From a virus (Duplodnaviria > Caudoviricetes), in IMG/VR virus record IMGVR_UViG_3300046615_000401, positions 14,998 through 78,997 of that record: a DNA stretch of 64,000 nucleotides; one strand, given 5' to 3'. The translations under genes were made by a program, and so were the position numbers. Positions 52,050 through 60,833 of the stretch are shown piece by piece. How positions within the stretch are numbered: the first letter of the stretch is position 1; every line of letters begins with the position of its first letter. Below the pieces are notes generated by a model. That model saw nothing but the letters and a program-made list of their open reading frames with translations, was not told the DNA's origin and searched no databases.

Positions 52050-54098
52050 TTAAAAGATGATGTTGTAGGTGCGTTGTGCGTTGGCAGTAGTGACCTGCAC
52101 CGTCACGCTGTCACCCTTGGTGGAACTGAATCCAAGACCAGCCAGTTGTTCATCGGTCGGCTGGCATTTGGTCTTGTCACCCAGTACCTCGAACACCTTG
52201 CGATGTGGTTCCAGCTTGGCATTCAAGTACTCGTTGAGGATGCCACGCAACGGCTCGTCGGTCTTGCAGCCGTCCAGGATGAACATGTAGTGCAGATTGC
52301 CCACCGCGTTATCATCCCAGTGGTTTGGGCTCAGCATGACCGTGTTGACACGGGTGTACTGCTCGGTGGCCACGCCCCACTTCTGCTGGCTGAAGCTACC
52401 CCCGGTGATACCCTTGCTGACGATCTTGATACCCGTGATGATCTGGTTCTTCACGGTCAGCTCCAACGCCTGCAGCATGCCCTTGTTGACCGGCGACTGC
52501 TGACTACTGAACTGGTGTACCTGACCGTTGTTTTCCACTTCCAGCGTGAAGCCAACATCGCTCTTTTCGCGCAGGTTGTAGTTGTTGACGTCGATCTTGT
52601 AAACACCATCCTGTGGGCTATCCCAGGTGATGTTTTCCACTGGATTGGGTGTGGTGCTACCGGCGTTCATGTCCACATCCAGCATGCCCTTGTTACCGGG
52701 TGAGCGTTGGCCTTTGTTGCCGAAGTAGATGCGGTGACTATTCGGCTCCCAGGCATGGATATCCAGGTCATCCTTGTTGTTCCAAGCCAGCGAGACACGC
52801 ATGACCGCATCCGTGGCACCACCGGCTGCCTTGACCCGTTCCTTGATCGAGTCGGAGATGTTGCCCACATAGGTCCAGGCAAAGTCGTTGTCCCACTTGA
52901 ACAGCTTGGACGTAGGCTTGTCTTCGACGATGTGCACCGGTGCCGTGATGGCCATCAGGTTACTCAGGTGACGGTTCTTGACCAGCATACTGACACCCTT
53001 GGCTTGCGGCAGGATGTTGGCCAGGAAGTCGGCGATGGTGACGTCCATGGCGGGTTTCTTTTCAACCAGGGCGGCCGGCGTAGCGATCGAATCCATGATG
53101 CCGGCGATGCCATCTTTCATGACTGGCTTGACGCTGCCGTCGGCCCACAGCACGTTGTTGATGGAGACGTCGTGGATGTTGGCCAGCCGCCGTACCAGAC
53201 TGTCTTCCAGGCCCAGCTCGGCAATGGTCACCAGTGCCTGCTTCTTCATACCTGGTGTGATCATTGAGGTGGGACGCTTGTAGTTCGTCGGGTCCAGTTT
53301 CTTGCCGAACTGCTCGGCGGCCTTGTCTTCCTCCATGCCCTCGGACAGATCCTGCACCAGCGTGCCGATAGCGGTGTTGCGAAAGCGGCTGAAGTTGCTC
53401 TGCGCATTGGTCATGATGAAGCGGCTGCGCTCAGCGTCCGTGGTCAGGGCATGGTACTGCAGGTGCAGCTTGGTAAAGCCAGCCACGGCAGCCAGGAATT
53501 CATCGCCGCGGTATAGCTGCTTGTCAGCGATCATGGTGCCCACGGTCTGCAGGGCATCTAGTGTCAGTTCCTTCAAGCCACGCGAGAATACCTGCACCAT
53601 GGCCGTGAATTCCCCCGTCTTGGTGCCGACGTCCTGGGTGTAATGACGGGTAGCCACGGTGCCGTGGAAGTGGTTCCAGACACGCACCATGGTTTTACGT
53701 CCTGGTTCGCTGTCCATCAATTCCTTGCTGTTCTCGGCGCCGTAGCTGCGTTCCTTGCTGCGGAAGATGGTTTGGATCTCGGAACCACGCACCAATGCTT
53801 GCAGCGCCTTGGACACAACACCATAAGCGTTGTCAAACGTGGTAGTCAGATCCCATACAGTCTTCAGTTCGCCATTCACCACAGCCACCACGTTGCCGAT
53901 GTGCTTGATGAAGTTGCGGCAGCAGGAGCAGTCATGCTCGGTGCGCTCACGGAAGATCGGGTTGGTTCCTTCAGGGAAAGCTGCCAGATAGGCGGCGTAC
54001 ATCTCATCACCGGTTACTTTGACGGTGTACAGCTCCATCTGTGACAGAGCAGCTAATTGAGCAGCGACTGCCTTGGAGAATGCTTTAAAGTCGGACAT
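52050..54098 (-). CDS. 682-aa phage protein with HDCSCC motif and YfaP/DUF2135-like domain
   Basis: ERTEHDCSCCRNFI; RVSLAW...DLDIH..EP...IYF...LDVD.N...PVENI.W. Confidence 0.8.
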   Translation of the reverse strand: MSDFKAFSKAVAAQLAALSQMELYTVKVTGDEMYAAYLAAFPEGTNPIFRERTEHDCSCCRNFIKHIGNVVAVVNGELKTVWDLTTTFDNAYGVVSKALQALVRGSEIQTIFRSKERSYGAENSKELMDSEPGRKTMVRVWNHFHGTVATRHYTQDVGTKTGEFTAMVQVFSRGLKELTLDALQTVGTMIADKQLYRGDEFLAAVAGFTKLHLQYHALTTDAERSRFIMTNAQSNFSRFRNTAIGTLVQDLSEGMEEDKAAEQFGKKLDPTNYKRPTSMITPGMKKQALVTIAELGLEDSLVRRLANIHDVSINNVLWADGSVKPVMKDGIAGIMDSIATPAALVEKKPAMDVTIADFLANILPQAKGVSMLVKNRHLSNLMAITAPVHIVEDKPTSKLFKWDNDFAWTYVGNISDSIKERVKAAGGATDAVMRVSLAWNNKDDLDIHAWEPNSHRIYFGNKGQRSPGNKGMLDVDMNAGSTTPNPVENITWDSPQDGVYKIDVNNYNLREKSDVGFTLEVENNGQVHQFSSQQSPVNKGMLQALELTVKNQIITGIKIVSKGITGGSFSQQKWGVATEQYTRVNTVMLSPNHWDDNAVGNLHYMFILDGCKTDEPLRGILNEYLNAKLEPHRKVFEVLGDKTKCQPTDEQLAGLGFSSTKGDSVTVQVTTANAQRTYNIIF

Positions 54099-54138
54099 TA
54101 CAGTTCCTTAGTGTGATTGAGTTGTGTTGAGTTGGGTA

Positions 54139-54285
54139 TTACTGTGCTTGATCGAGCAGTTCAAGGACTGCTTCGTTGACTGCCTGGTCATAAACAGTTA
54201 AGAGGTCATTACGACCCCAACCAGTCTTAGTGGCCAGCTTTTCCTGGAACAACACGCGAATGCGGTCGAGAAGTTTCTTATTCAT
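54139..54285 (-). CDS. 48-aa protein with KTGWGRN motif (not in ORF track)
   Basis: MNKKLLDRIRVLFQEKLATKTGWGRNDLLTVYDQAVNEAVLELLDQAQ. Confidence 0.7.
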   Translation of the reverse strand: MNKKLLDRIRVLFQEKLATKTGWGRNDLLTVYDQAVNEAVLELLDQAQ

Positions 54286-54287
54286 GA

Positions 54288-54665
54288 TTAGTTCCCTGCT
54301 TGGCAGCACGCAACTTGATACAGCAGCGTGTTGTGGTAGGTCATCAGCAGTCCGAACAGGGCATTCGGCGTAGTGATGGGCAATTGGCTGTTGGCCAGAT
54401 CGATTACCTGCTGCAAGCTCCCCATAGTTGGGAACAAGCTCATTGGAGCCAGGTTAACCGGGGTTTGGTTGATGTCTACGGTGTTCACCGTAGGAGCACC
54501 ACTGGTAACGATCTTTGTACGCAGCAGCAACAGGTCCGAGGACATATTACGCATACGCTGTGGTACATCGTCACTGTTTTCGGTGGACTGCAGCTTGTTA
54601 CCCATGGCATGCAGCTCATGGGCTAACAGGAACAGGGTTTTCTGTGTTTCTTCGATGTTGATCAT
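54288..54665 (-). CDS. Hypothetical protein 125 aa
   Basis: C-terminal LFPT..SLQ.VIDLA.SQLPI...N.L...L.TYHNTLL pattern; AAGGAG RBS. Confidence 0.7.
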   Translation of the reverse strand: MINIEETQKTLFLLAHELHAMGNKLQSTENSDDVPQRMRNMSSDLLLLRTKIVTSGAPTVNTVDINQTPVNLAPMSLFPTMGSLQQVIDLANSQLPITTPNALFGLLMTYHNTLLYQVACCQAGN

Positions 54666-54868
54666 GCTGATACAGCTCCTTGAATGGTGTTCACACCCAC
54701 TTCATACATGGGTTTAAACTCGATACCAGTTGTTCCTACAGTACCAGCCTCGATACCATGGTCCAAATACAACTTCTGGATACTTTTAACTACTTTGTGC
54801 GCGTCTTCTTGACTATGCGCGGTAATACCCAGGGGGAGTACGAAATTACGAATGTGTGGGAAGTTCAT
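54662..54868 (-). CDS. Hypothetical protein 68 aa
   Basis: ATGA coupling on both sides. Confidence 0.6.
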   Translation of the reverse strand: MNFPHIRNFVLPLGITAHSQEDAHKVVKSIQKLYLDHGIEAGTVGTTGIEFKPMYEVGVNTIQGAVSA

Positions 54869-55338
54869 GCGTGTTTCCAGTCGTTAAAGGATGCCCGGTC
54901 AGTTGGGCAGGAGTGCAATGGCAATTTCTGCTGTGCGTTCTTAGGAATGGGTTGGGTACTGCGTTGTTGTACATTTGGCATCTTGCTCCAGTCCAGGGGA
55001 GCAATCAAGCCAGCCCCGCGCAGGATGATCTTCAGCTGCTCCTGGTTGCAGTCTCTGAGGAAGAAGGCCACATTGGCCGGCGTCAGCGCCGGCGTGTCGA
55101 GGATCTTTTCCATGTCGGCAGGGTTGATGCCACGCTTATGCAGCAGGGCCATCAGCTGGGCTGCCTGGCCACTGCGCACTGCCATGGGACCGGCGATACC
55201 CTTCTCCTCCAGCACACGGCTTACGGTGCGGGATGACACGCCCAGGAACTCGGCGATCTGTTTGATGGTGCGGGTCTTGGCATTGTAAACGGTAATGATC
55301 GCTTCTTTCTGGGCTGGGGTGAGCTTCTTGACGGCCAT
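54865..55338 (-). CDS. Helix-turn-helix DNA-binding protein
   Basis: TIKQIAEFLGVSSRTVSRVL. Confidence 0.85.
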   Translation of the reverse strand: MAVKKLTPAQKEAIITVYNAKTRTIKQIAEFLGVSSRTVSRVLEEKGIAGPMAVRSGQAAQLMALLHKRGINPADMEKILDTPALTPANVAFFLRDCNQEQLKIILRGAGLIAPLDWSKMPNVQQRSTQPIPKNAQQKLPLHSCPTDRASFNDWKHA

Positions 55339-55355
55339 GGCGTATCCTTGTTGGT

Positions 55356-55411
55356 TTATCGGTTGTATATAGTAGAAAAATCGATTTTTGAATCAGTTAG
55401 CTTATCGGTTG
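55356..55411. promoter_or_regulatory. Operator-like array upstream of the HTH gene
   Basis: TTATCGGTTG direct repeats (55356, 55402) flanking the 14-bp palindrome AAAAATCGATTTTT (55376-55389). Confidence 0.45.
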
Positions 55412-55449
55412 AGAAGTTTTGGGTTGTGCCTTAATACTTGTCAAAAGTT

Positions 55450-55776
55450 CTAGCGGTTACGGTTGACACTGCGCATCTGGGCACGGAAGGACTGTCTTAC
55501 CTGTGCCCGGTACAGAGTTTTGCTGACTGGTTTGGGTGTCCAGTATTCAGCTTGTCTTGGTTTGACCATGTCTGCTGGATACTCTTCGATGACTAGCTTC
55601 AGTGACAATTCCTCATACAAGCTAAGAGAATCAATCACAATCGCAGCCCGGCCTCTGACATGCGCTTGCAACTGAGCCTCTTCAATCAGCCGCAGGATAC
55701 GTTGTACACGCTCTGTAGACATGAGACGTTCTTCCCATACCGAAAGATCCAATTCATGGAATGGTGAAATGATCAT
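55450..55776 (-). CDS. Hypothetical protein 108 aa
   Basis: Coupled to the upstream ORF; basic C-terminus. Confidence 0.6.
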   Translation of the reverse strand: MIISPFHELDLSVWEERLMSTERVQRILRLIEEAQLQAHVRGRAAIVIDSLSLYEELSLKLVIEEYPADMVKPRQAEYWTPKPVSKTLYRAQVRQSFRAQMRSVNRNR

Positions 55777-56066
55777 GCAATTTCCCTTTCACGGAAAGTG
55801 GTGCCATGCTTCTCCACCGGGATCACCCGCCAGGCGCCATGGATGTTCTGATCTACTCGCAGACAGCAACCACGCAATGGTTTAGGGAAAGCATTGGGGA
55901 TGACATTACGCAGCGATCCGACCTGGCGGATATCGATATGCAATAAGAAATCTCCGATGCTCTGCTTATTATTTGTGGCCAGTGCGCTCACCAGCACCGA
56001 ACCTTTGTCCTGTGGATTGGTGATCGCGAACCGTTCGATTGTCTTGATCAAGGTGTTATACAACAT
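55773..56066 (-). CDS. Hypothetical protein 97 aa
   Basis: AGGAG RBS. Confidence 0.6.
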   Translation of the reverse strand: MLYNTLIKTIERFAITNPQDKGSVLVSALATNNKQSIGDFLLHIDIRQVGSLRNVIPNAFPKPLRGCCLRVDQNIHGAWRVIPVEKHGTTFREREIA

Positions 56067-56109
56067 GACTGTCTTGCTCCTGGTCCGCTGCTATTACGCT
56101 AAGGTGAAT

Positions 56110-56143
56110 AAAAAAGAGATGAACCCGATATTCTGGGTTCATT
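56110..56143 (-). terminator. Intrinsic terminator of the RNAP II unit
   Basis: ATGAACCC..GGGTTCAT followed by CTCTTTTTT on the minus strand. Confidence 0.75.
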
Positions 56144-56178
56144 TCCTTGCTCACCAAGCGAGCGGACGCTCGCCTGCT

Positions 56179-56490
56179 TCACTGTGGTTCTGGTTCACGA
56201 TCAAACTTGCGCAGCACATCAGCTACATCGCTGATCCATTCAGGCGGCCAGAAGGCACCAAGTATCTCGGTGCTGTTCATGACTATGCGGGTACCAGCAT
56301 CCGTGATCAACTGATAGTAGTCCCTGCCCACATCATGCACACTGGCTTTGATGCCGATGATATGGGCATTACCACAGCGGCGACCATCACGGGTGCGCAA
56401 TTGAGCACCGATCTCCAACACATTCCACTGCGCCTTGCGGATGGCCCATGGTGGGAGTTGATCTTCCCATTCCTGCACTGCTGTTTCCAT
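56179..56490 (-). CDS. Hypothetical protein 103 aa (GAQL.TRDGRR.GNA motif)
   Basis: AAGGAG RBS; motif. Confidence 0.7.
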   Translation of the reverse strand: METAVQEWEDQLPPWAIRKAQWNVLEIGAQLRTRDGRRCGNAHIIGIKASVHDVGRDYYQLITDAGTRIVMNSTEILGAFWPPEWISDVADVLRKFDREPEPQ

Positions 56491-56505
56491 TATTTCTCCT
56501 TGGTT

Positions 56506-57756
56506 TTAAGATAATGCATAGTTGCTGCCGCGGATCAGCGAGCCCAGATTGGTACTCAGCTTGGGGAACACTCCCGGCGTACCATGCACCTGGGACAGCA
56601 GATCCGACAGCAGATTACTCTCAGCCAGCTCGGCAAAGATGTTGATGTAGTGCTGACGCAGGTGATTCATGTGGTTGGCCCCGCACTTGAACTCATCGTG
56701 GATGGTGACTACAGGGAAGGGCTGATGTACCAGCATTGACAGGATGATGGTGTTGAGCTTTTCCAGATGATCCACACTCAAATACATCGTATCGTAGCCA
56801 TCCTTGATATGCGACAGGATGACAATATCAGCCATACCGCTACGATTGTATTGCTCGATATAGTAGGCCAGTTTCCCCTCTGCTGGTTTGATGGACTGGT
56901 GACCCATATTCTGAGCACGCAGATTGATTTCACTGTCAATGACGGACAAGCTGTACTCCACCTGTGCCCGATCGTAGTTGCAACGCCGGTGGATACAACG
57001 CAGGATGTAGCCATCCACGCTGTGCACCACGTTGGCCACATTGGACAAGCCAGTCTTGCTGCCTTCATTCACATAGAACTCATAGGTGAAGGTGGCATGG
57101 TCCAGCTCATCGACTTCCACCCTTGCCTGCTTGGGCTGCATGACCTTGACCACGGCATCGAAACCATCTGGCAGCTTCCAGCTATGCTTCAGGGCGAACG
57201 GCCGCCATGAGGCCAGCAGATCCTGCAGCAGTTCCCATGCACCGGGAGCCATGGCTTGAGCGGCCTCGTAGAAGGCATTCAGCTCAGGTGTATCCTCGTC
57301 GAAGATCTCCTTTGGCTTGGCCTTGGAGCCGTAGAAGGACGTCATCAGGGCATCCTTGGCATCGTCCCGGATGACACCTTGGGTGGTACCCAGCAGGGTG
57401 CACATGTCACCAGTGAGCTGGGTATACGCATCAGCACGGACATTCGGATCGACCAAGCCAGTGGCGGTAGCGCCCTTCACACAGCCGGTCAGGGCCGACA
57501 TGATTTGGATACCAGAACACACCGCATCCATGCCGACCAGATGCCCGGTAGGCTCACCACGCAGCACCTTGCGGATGGCCAGCACGGTCTTCATGTACAG
57601 CGGTTTAGTTTTACTATCCGCTTGGTCTGTCAGTTCTTCCAGCTGATGCAGGTTGTCCTGTGCCCATTGGATGCGTTCAGGGAACAGCAGCTTGTCCAAG
57701 CCAAAGTTATTGGCCAGATCGATCAGCAGGTATTCCCAGCCTGAGTACTTAATCAC
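56506..57756 (-). CDS. RNA polymerase II subunit 2 (N4 gp16-like)
   Basis: EYLLIDLANNFGLDK; motif A MDAVCSGIQ; motif B R.DAK.A.MT.FYG; motif C IHDEF; GTG start after AAGGAG. Confidence 0.95.
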   Translation of the reverse strand: MIKYSGWEYLLIDLANNFGLDKLLFPERIQWAQDNLHQLEELTDQADSKTKPLYMKTVLAIRKVLRGEPTGHLVGMDAVCSGIQIMSALTGCVKGATATGLVDPNVRADAYTQLTGDMCTLLGTTQGVIRDDAKDALMTSFYGSKAKPKEIFDEDTPELNAFYEAAQAMAPGAWELLQDLLASWRPFALKHSWKLPDGFDAVVKVMQPKQARVEVDELDHATFTYEFYVNEGSKTGLSNVANVVHSVDGYILRCIHRRCNYDRAQVEYSLSVIDSEINLRAQNMGHQSIKPAEGKLAYYIEQYNRSGMADIVILSHIKDGYDTMYLSVDHLEKLNTIILSMLVHQPFPVVTIHDEFKCGANHMNHLRQHYINIFAELAESNLLSDLLSQVHGTPGVFPKLSTNLGSLIRGSNYALS

Positions 57757-57760
57757 TTTG

Positions 57761-57946
57761 TTACTCCTTGAGATTGAAGAAAGCCATAGCTTGTTGTTTG
57801 GTGATATACACATACTCATGATCACACTTAATCTCCATGACCACGCCATGTCTAGTACCACTGTCATGTGGAATGACAGGTACAGTGTATGTACCCGCAC
57901 CACTGTAATAATGCTGTACTGCTTCTGTTTCAAATGGAGTGTGCAT
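57761..57946 (-). CDS. 61-aa protein (ITKQQA..FF.L family)
   Basis: AAGGAA RBS; C-terminus similar to ORF 62655-63017. Confidence 0.7.
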   Translation of the reverse strand: MHTPFETEAVQHYYSGAGTYTVPVIPHDSGTRHGVVMEIKCDHEYVYITKQQAMAFFNLKE

Positions 57947-57956
57947 GATGTTTCCT

Positions 57957-58175
57957 TTAAAGGGGGATGTTGAGCACAAGGCACAGCATTTTGATTTCTT
58001 TGGGTATGTCACATTTATTGATTGGGGTGGTGTGGCCTATAGCGATATTTCTATACCACATAGGAATTTTCCACCCTACTAATGCGAGAGTATAGGTACC
58101 AGTAGGGGCTATCCTAGGCCACTTATCATGTTCACTAAGTATCTTGCCACCTTCAAACACAATATATGGTTTCAT
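57957..58175 (-). CDS. 72-aa paralog 3 of the tandem triplet
   Basis: MKPYIVFEGG...WY...P....IPKEIKMLCLVL. Confidence 0.75.
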   Translation of the reverse strand: MKPYIVFEGGKILSEHDKWPRIAPTGTYTLALVGWKIPMWYRNIAIGHTTPINKCDIPKEIKMLCLVLNIPL

Positions 58176-58185
58176 ATCCTTTCCT

Positions 58186-58404
58186 TTACAGGTTGAGCAC
58201 CAGTGCCAGCATGCGTAATAGCTTGGGGACGTCTTCGAGTAATACAGGGGTACCATCAAGATTAAACCACTCACGCTCATGGCTATTGAAATACAAACCA
58301 CCGTTATATACCTCTGGACCTAATGTATCTAATCTAAAGTCCTTCCAGTGGAAATATTCCCCATACACTTGATTACCATAGAACACGGTATAAGGCTTAT
58401 TCAT
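58186..58404 (-). CDS. 72-aa paralog 2 of the tandem triplet
   Basis: MNKPYTVFYG...WF...P....VPKLLRMLALVL. Confidence 0.75.
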   Translation of the reverse strand: MNKPYTVFYGNQVYGEYFHWKDFRLDTLGPEVYNGGLYFNSHEREWFNLDGTPVLLEDVPKLLRMLALVLNL

Positions 58405-58625
58405 GTCAGTACCAAAGCCAGCATACGGTACTGTTTGTTGATCTCACTGGCTTCCCGGTACTCCCATTCCTTTCTTATGGGCATAGTGTATTGCACACAC
58501 TCATACCACTTATTACTGTAGCCGTTATACAGGACAGAGTACGGAGGGATAGCATCAATAATCACGATCGGTCCCGGTGCATCCCTTACTGTACCATCTT
58601 CATAAAACACCAGCACCTTAGCCAT
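58401..58625 (-). CDS. 74-aa paralog 1 of the tandem triplet
   Basis: MAKVLVFYEDG...WY...EINKQYRMLALVL; GAAGGAG RBS. Confidence 0.75.
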   Translation of the reverse strand: MAKVLVFYEDGTVRDAPGPIVIIDAIPPYSVLYNGYSNKWYECVQYTMPIRKEWEYREASEINKQYRMLALVLT

Positions 58626-59532
58626 AGGGTACTCCTTCAATATATTCAGCATTGGCCAGCTCAATCGTGGCCTTCTTAAACGAGCTGCCTTGCGGATTAA
58701 TGTGATAGCCTTGGCTGTAGGCCCGGCCACGCTTGTCCACCTTGTGCGTCATGTAGAACACATTCCCTTGGCTTTGGATCAGGTCATAGAAGCGATACGA
58801 CTGCTTCTTGAAGCGCAGCCATTCATTGCGCTTCTCTTGGGTATCCAGATCGAACGTGGGATCCTCTTCCACCTTGCACAGGAAGTCCAAATCCAGACTG
58901 AGTTCTACCTTGTTCATCAGGTTGAGCACGTCCAGACAGATATCCCCGTCATGATGGTTGCCTGAGCCCAGAATGAGGGAATCATTATGGGTCAGGTAGC
59001 CGGAGCTGAAGTTGTTGATCAGCTTCAAAGGCTCCACCACCATAGGCGGTAGGTACTGGCTCTCCTCGATGAAGGTGAGCAGCTTCTGTGACAACGGGAT
59101 GCGCGACTGTACCACCAAGCTGGCATACTTGCTAGGCTTGAGGATGTCGAAGGCATCGGTGTTGCACAGCACGGCCATGATCTCGGCTGTGGTGGTGATG
59201 GCTTCGGTCTTGTCACTGAAGCGCAGCCTGGCTGCCATCTGAGCGGTCACTGAGGTGAACAGCTCCGGGTACAGGCAGTAGGCCACACCGACAAAGATGT
59301 CGGTCACCAGTGGTTCCAGTTCCATGTTGGCCAGCTGCACCACACGCTTGTTCTTTGAGGCGTAGTAGCCATCGTTACAAGCCAATTGGATGTACGCATC
59401 CAGCAGTCGTACCCCATGGCTGATCCGATCCTGCATCAGTGGATCAGTCTGGATGGCTTCACGGATATAGTCATCGATGTGATGACGGCTGAAGCGCTTC
59501 TCGTTATGCTCCTGCAGGATGAAATGCGACAT
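58618..59532 (-). CDS. RNA polymerase II subunit 1 (N4 gp15-like)
   Basis: QEHNE..FS; LPPMVVEP; DVLN.MN.V.L.L; THKVDKRGRAYSQGYHINPQG (DxxGR motif). Confidence 0.95.
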   Translation of the reverse strand: MSHFILQEHNEKRFSRHHIDDYIREAIQTDPLMQDRISHGVRLLDAYIQLACNDGYYASKNKRVVQLANMELEPLVTDIFVGVAYCLYPELFTSVTAQMAARLRFSDKTEAITTTAEIMAVLCNTDAFDILKPSKYASLVVQSRIPLSQKLLTFIEESQYLPPMVVEPLKLINNFSSGYLTHNDSLILGSGNHHDGDICLDVLNLMNKVELSLDLDFLCKVEEDPTFDLDTQEKRNEWLRFKKQSYRFYDLIQSQGNVFYMTHKVDKRGRAYSQGYHINPQGSSFKKATIELANAEYIEGVPYG

Positions 59533-59542
59533 GATTTACTCC

Positions 59543-59929
59543 TTACTGTGGTGGATTGGGATGGTCGTACCAGTATGCTTTACCGGGCAGGTAGGGTATC
59601 CATGCCTCGTCAAAGTAGCAATTAATTGGTGCCTCCTTGAACATGGGTGCGATCTGTTCATCGGTATAACCGGCCAATCCGCAGCCGATACGGGTAACCT
59701 TATACTGCAGGCACTTATGGCGTAATGCATGGCCAATAAAGGCATCGATGTGGTATTGGATTATCTCCAATGGTAACGTGTCGATTTGGAAGTCCTTGGT
59801 GGGAATACCATAGGCATTACCCTGCCAGCCTATGCCTTGGCCGTATACAGCACCATGTTCCAGTACTGCAAAGCGTGCTGCACCAGCACCATGCCGACCA
59901 GCCAGATTGCTACCGAAAACGAAGATCAT
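59543..59929 (-). CDS. Conserved phage protein of the IFVFGSN..G.HG.GAA family (Macro-like fold inferred)
   Basis: IFVFGSNLAGRHGAGAA...YGIPTK...VTRIGCGLAGY. Confidence 0.8.
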   Translation of the reverse strand: MIFVFGSNLAGRHGAGAARFAVLEHGAVYGQGIGWQGNAYGIPTKDFQIDTLPLEIIQYHIDAFIGHALRHKCLQYKVTRIGCGLAGYTDEQIAPMFKEAPINCYFDEAWIPYLPGKAYWYDHPNPPQ

Positions 59930-59948
59930 GATGATTCTCCTTGATTAA

Positions 59949-60098
59949 TTAATGCGTAAAGAATTGCTGACTTTCCAGATGCTGCATTAACTTGTCGTAA
60001 TCCAGCCATACCAGATTACCAAAGTCGTCTACCAGATACAGGTTGAATGGTATGACTGTGGATTGGTAAAGACCAAGTGTTTGGTACAGTTTGTCCAT
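59949..60098 (-). CDS. 49-aa protein (not in ORF track)
   Basis: MDKLYQTLGLYQSTVIPFNLYLVDDFGNLVWLDYDKLMQHLESQQFFTH; GGAGAATCATC RBS identical to the next gene's. Confidence 0.6.
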   Translation of the reverse strand: MDKLYQTLGLYQSTVIPFNLYLVDDFGNLVWLDYDKLMQHLESQQFFTH

Positions 60099-60139
60099 GA
60101 TGATTCTCCTGAAAGGTAGCCCACTGAAGGGCTACCGGT

Positions 60140-60697
60140 TTAATAGGGAAGGGGAATATGAATACGTTGGCCGCGGCATTTATCCCACGTATCCTTGGTA
60201 CCACCATCAGCAGGAATGTCACCATGACCGAATGTGAATGCCAGCATGTGGTCAGCTTTTGCCACCTTGATGTTGCGTGCAAACATACCACCATAGCCTG
60301 CTGCCATGGGCTCAAAGGAACCGTTAACATTGTTCATGCTGGCCACTTGCGTGATCTGCTGACGGCTAAACCATGGATCATTGTGATGAATAACACGGCT
60401 GAAGCGTTCGTGGTAGTAATTAGCTGTACTGCCAGAGCTATTAAATGGACCGAGGAAGCAATTACTACTGACATCAAATGGCGCAGGCAGGTGCAGGGTC
60501 AACTCATGTGCACTACCTTCGAGGAACAAGGCCACTGCCAGATGATCCGCCCATGCTGCACCACCAGATACCACATGGGCATGCACCGGCATATGCGTCC
60601 GTGCTTCTTCCAGCATCCAGTGCCACAATGCCAGTGTCATGGGTTTCGTCTTATCACGGCCAGCCGTACCAATAATTGCAATCGTAGTCACGATCAT
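60140..60697 (-). CDS. SLOG superfamily (YspA/DprA-like) protein; start 60697 or GTG 60691
   Basis: IAIIGTAGR, VVSGGAAWADHLA, ARN..VA..D.MLAF, GGT.DTW. Confidence 0.8.
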   Translation of the reverse strand: MIVTTIAIIGTAGRDKTKPMTLALWHWMLEEARTHMPVHAHVVSGGAAWADHLAVALFLEGSAHELTLHLPAPFDVSSNCFLGPFNSSGSTANYYHERFSRVIHHNDPWFSRQQITQVASMNNVNGSFEPMAAGYGGMFARNIKVAKADHMLAFTFGHGDIPADGGTKDTWDKCRGQRIHIPLPY

Positions 60698-60724
60698 CTC
60701 CTTCAATGTGAATAGGGAACCGCA

Positions 60725-60744
60725 TCCAACCATGGCCGGAGGCC
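60725..60744 (-). promoter_or_regulatory. vRNAP hairpin promoter (4th early)
   Basis: Plus (template) strand TCCAACCATGGCC-GGA-GGCC upstream of the SLOG gene. Confidence 0.7.
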
Positions 60745-60801
60745 CATAGTGTAGTCCACTGTCTGTGTGTGCCTTACGCACCGAAGCCAGTAAAGAAAAA
60801 A

Positions 60802-60833
60802 CAGCCACCAACCCCACAAGGGGAAGGTGGCTG
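60802..60833 (-). terminator. Intrinsic terminator after the gp2-like gene
   Basis: CAGCCACC..CCCC-loop-GGGG..GGTGGCTG followed by TTTTTTCTTT on the minus strand. Confidence 0.8.
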
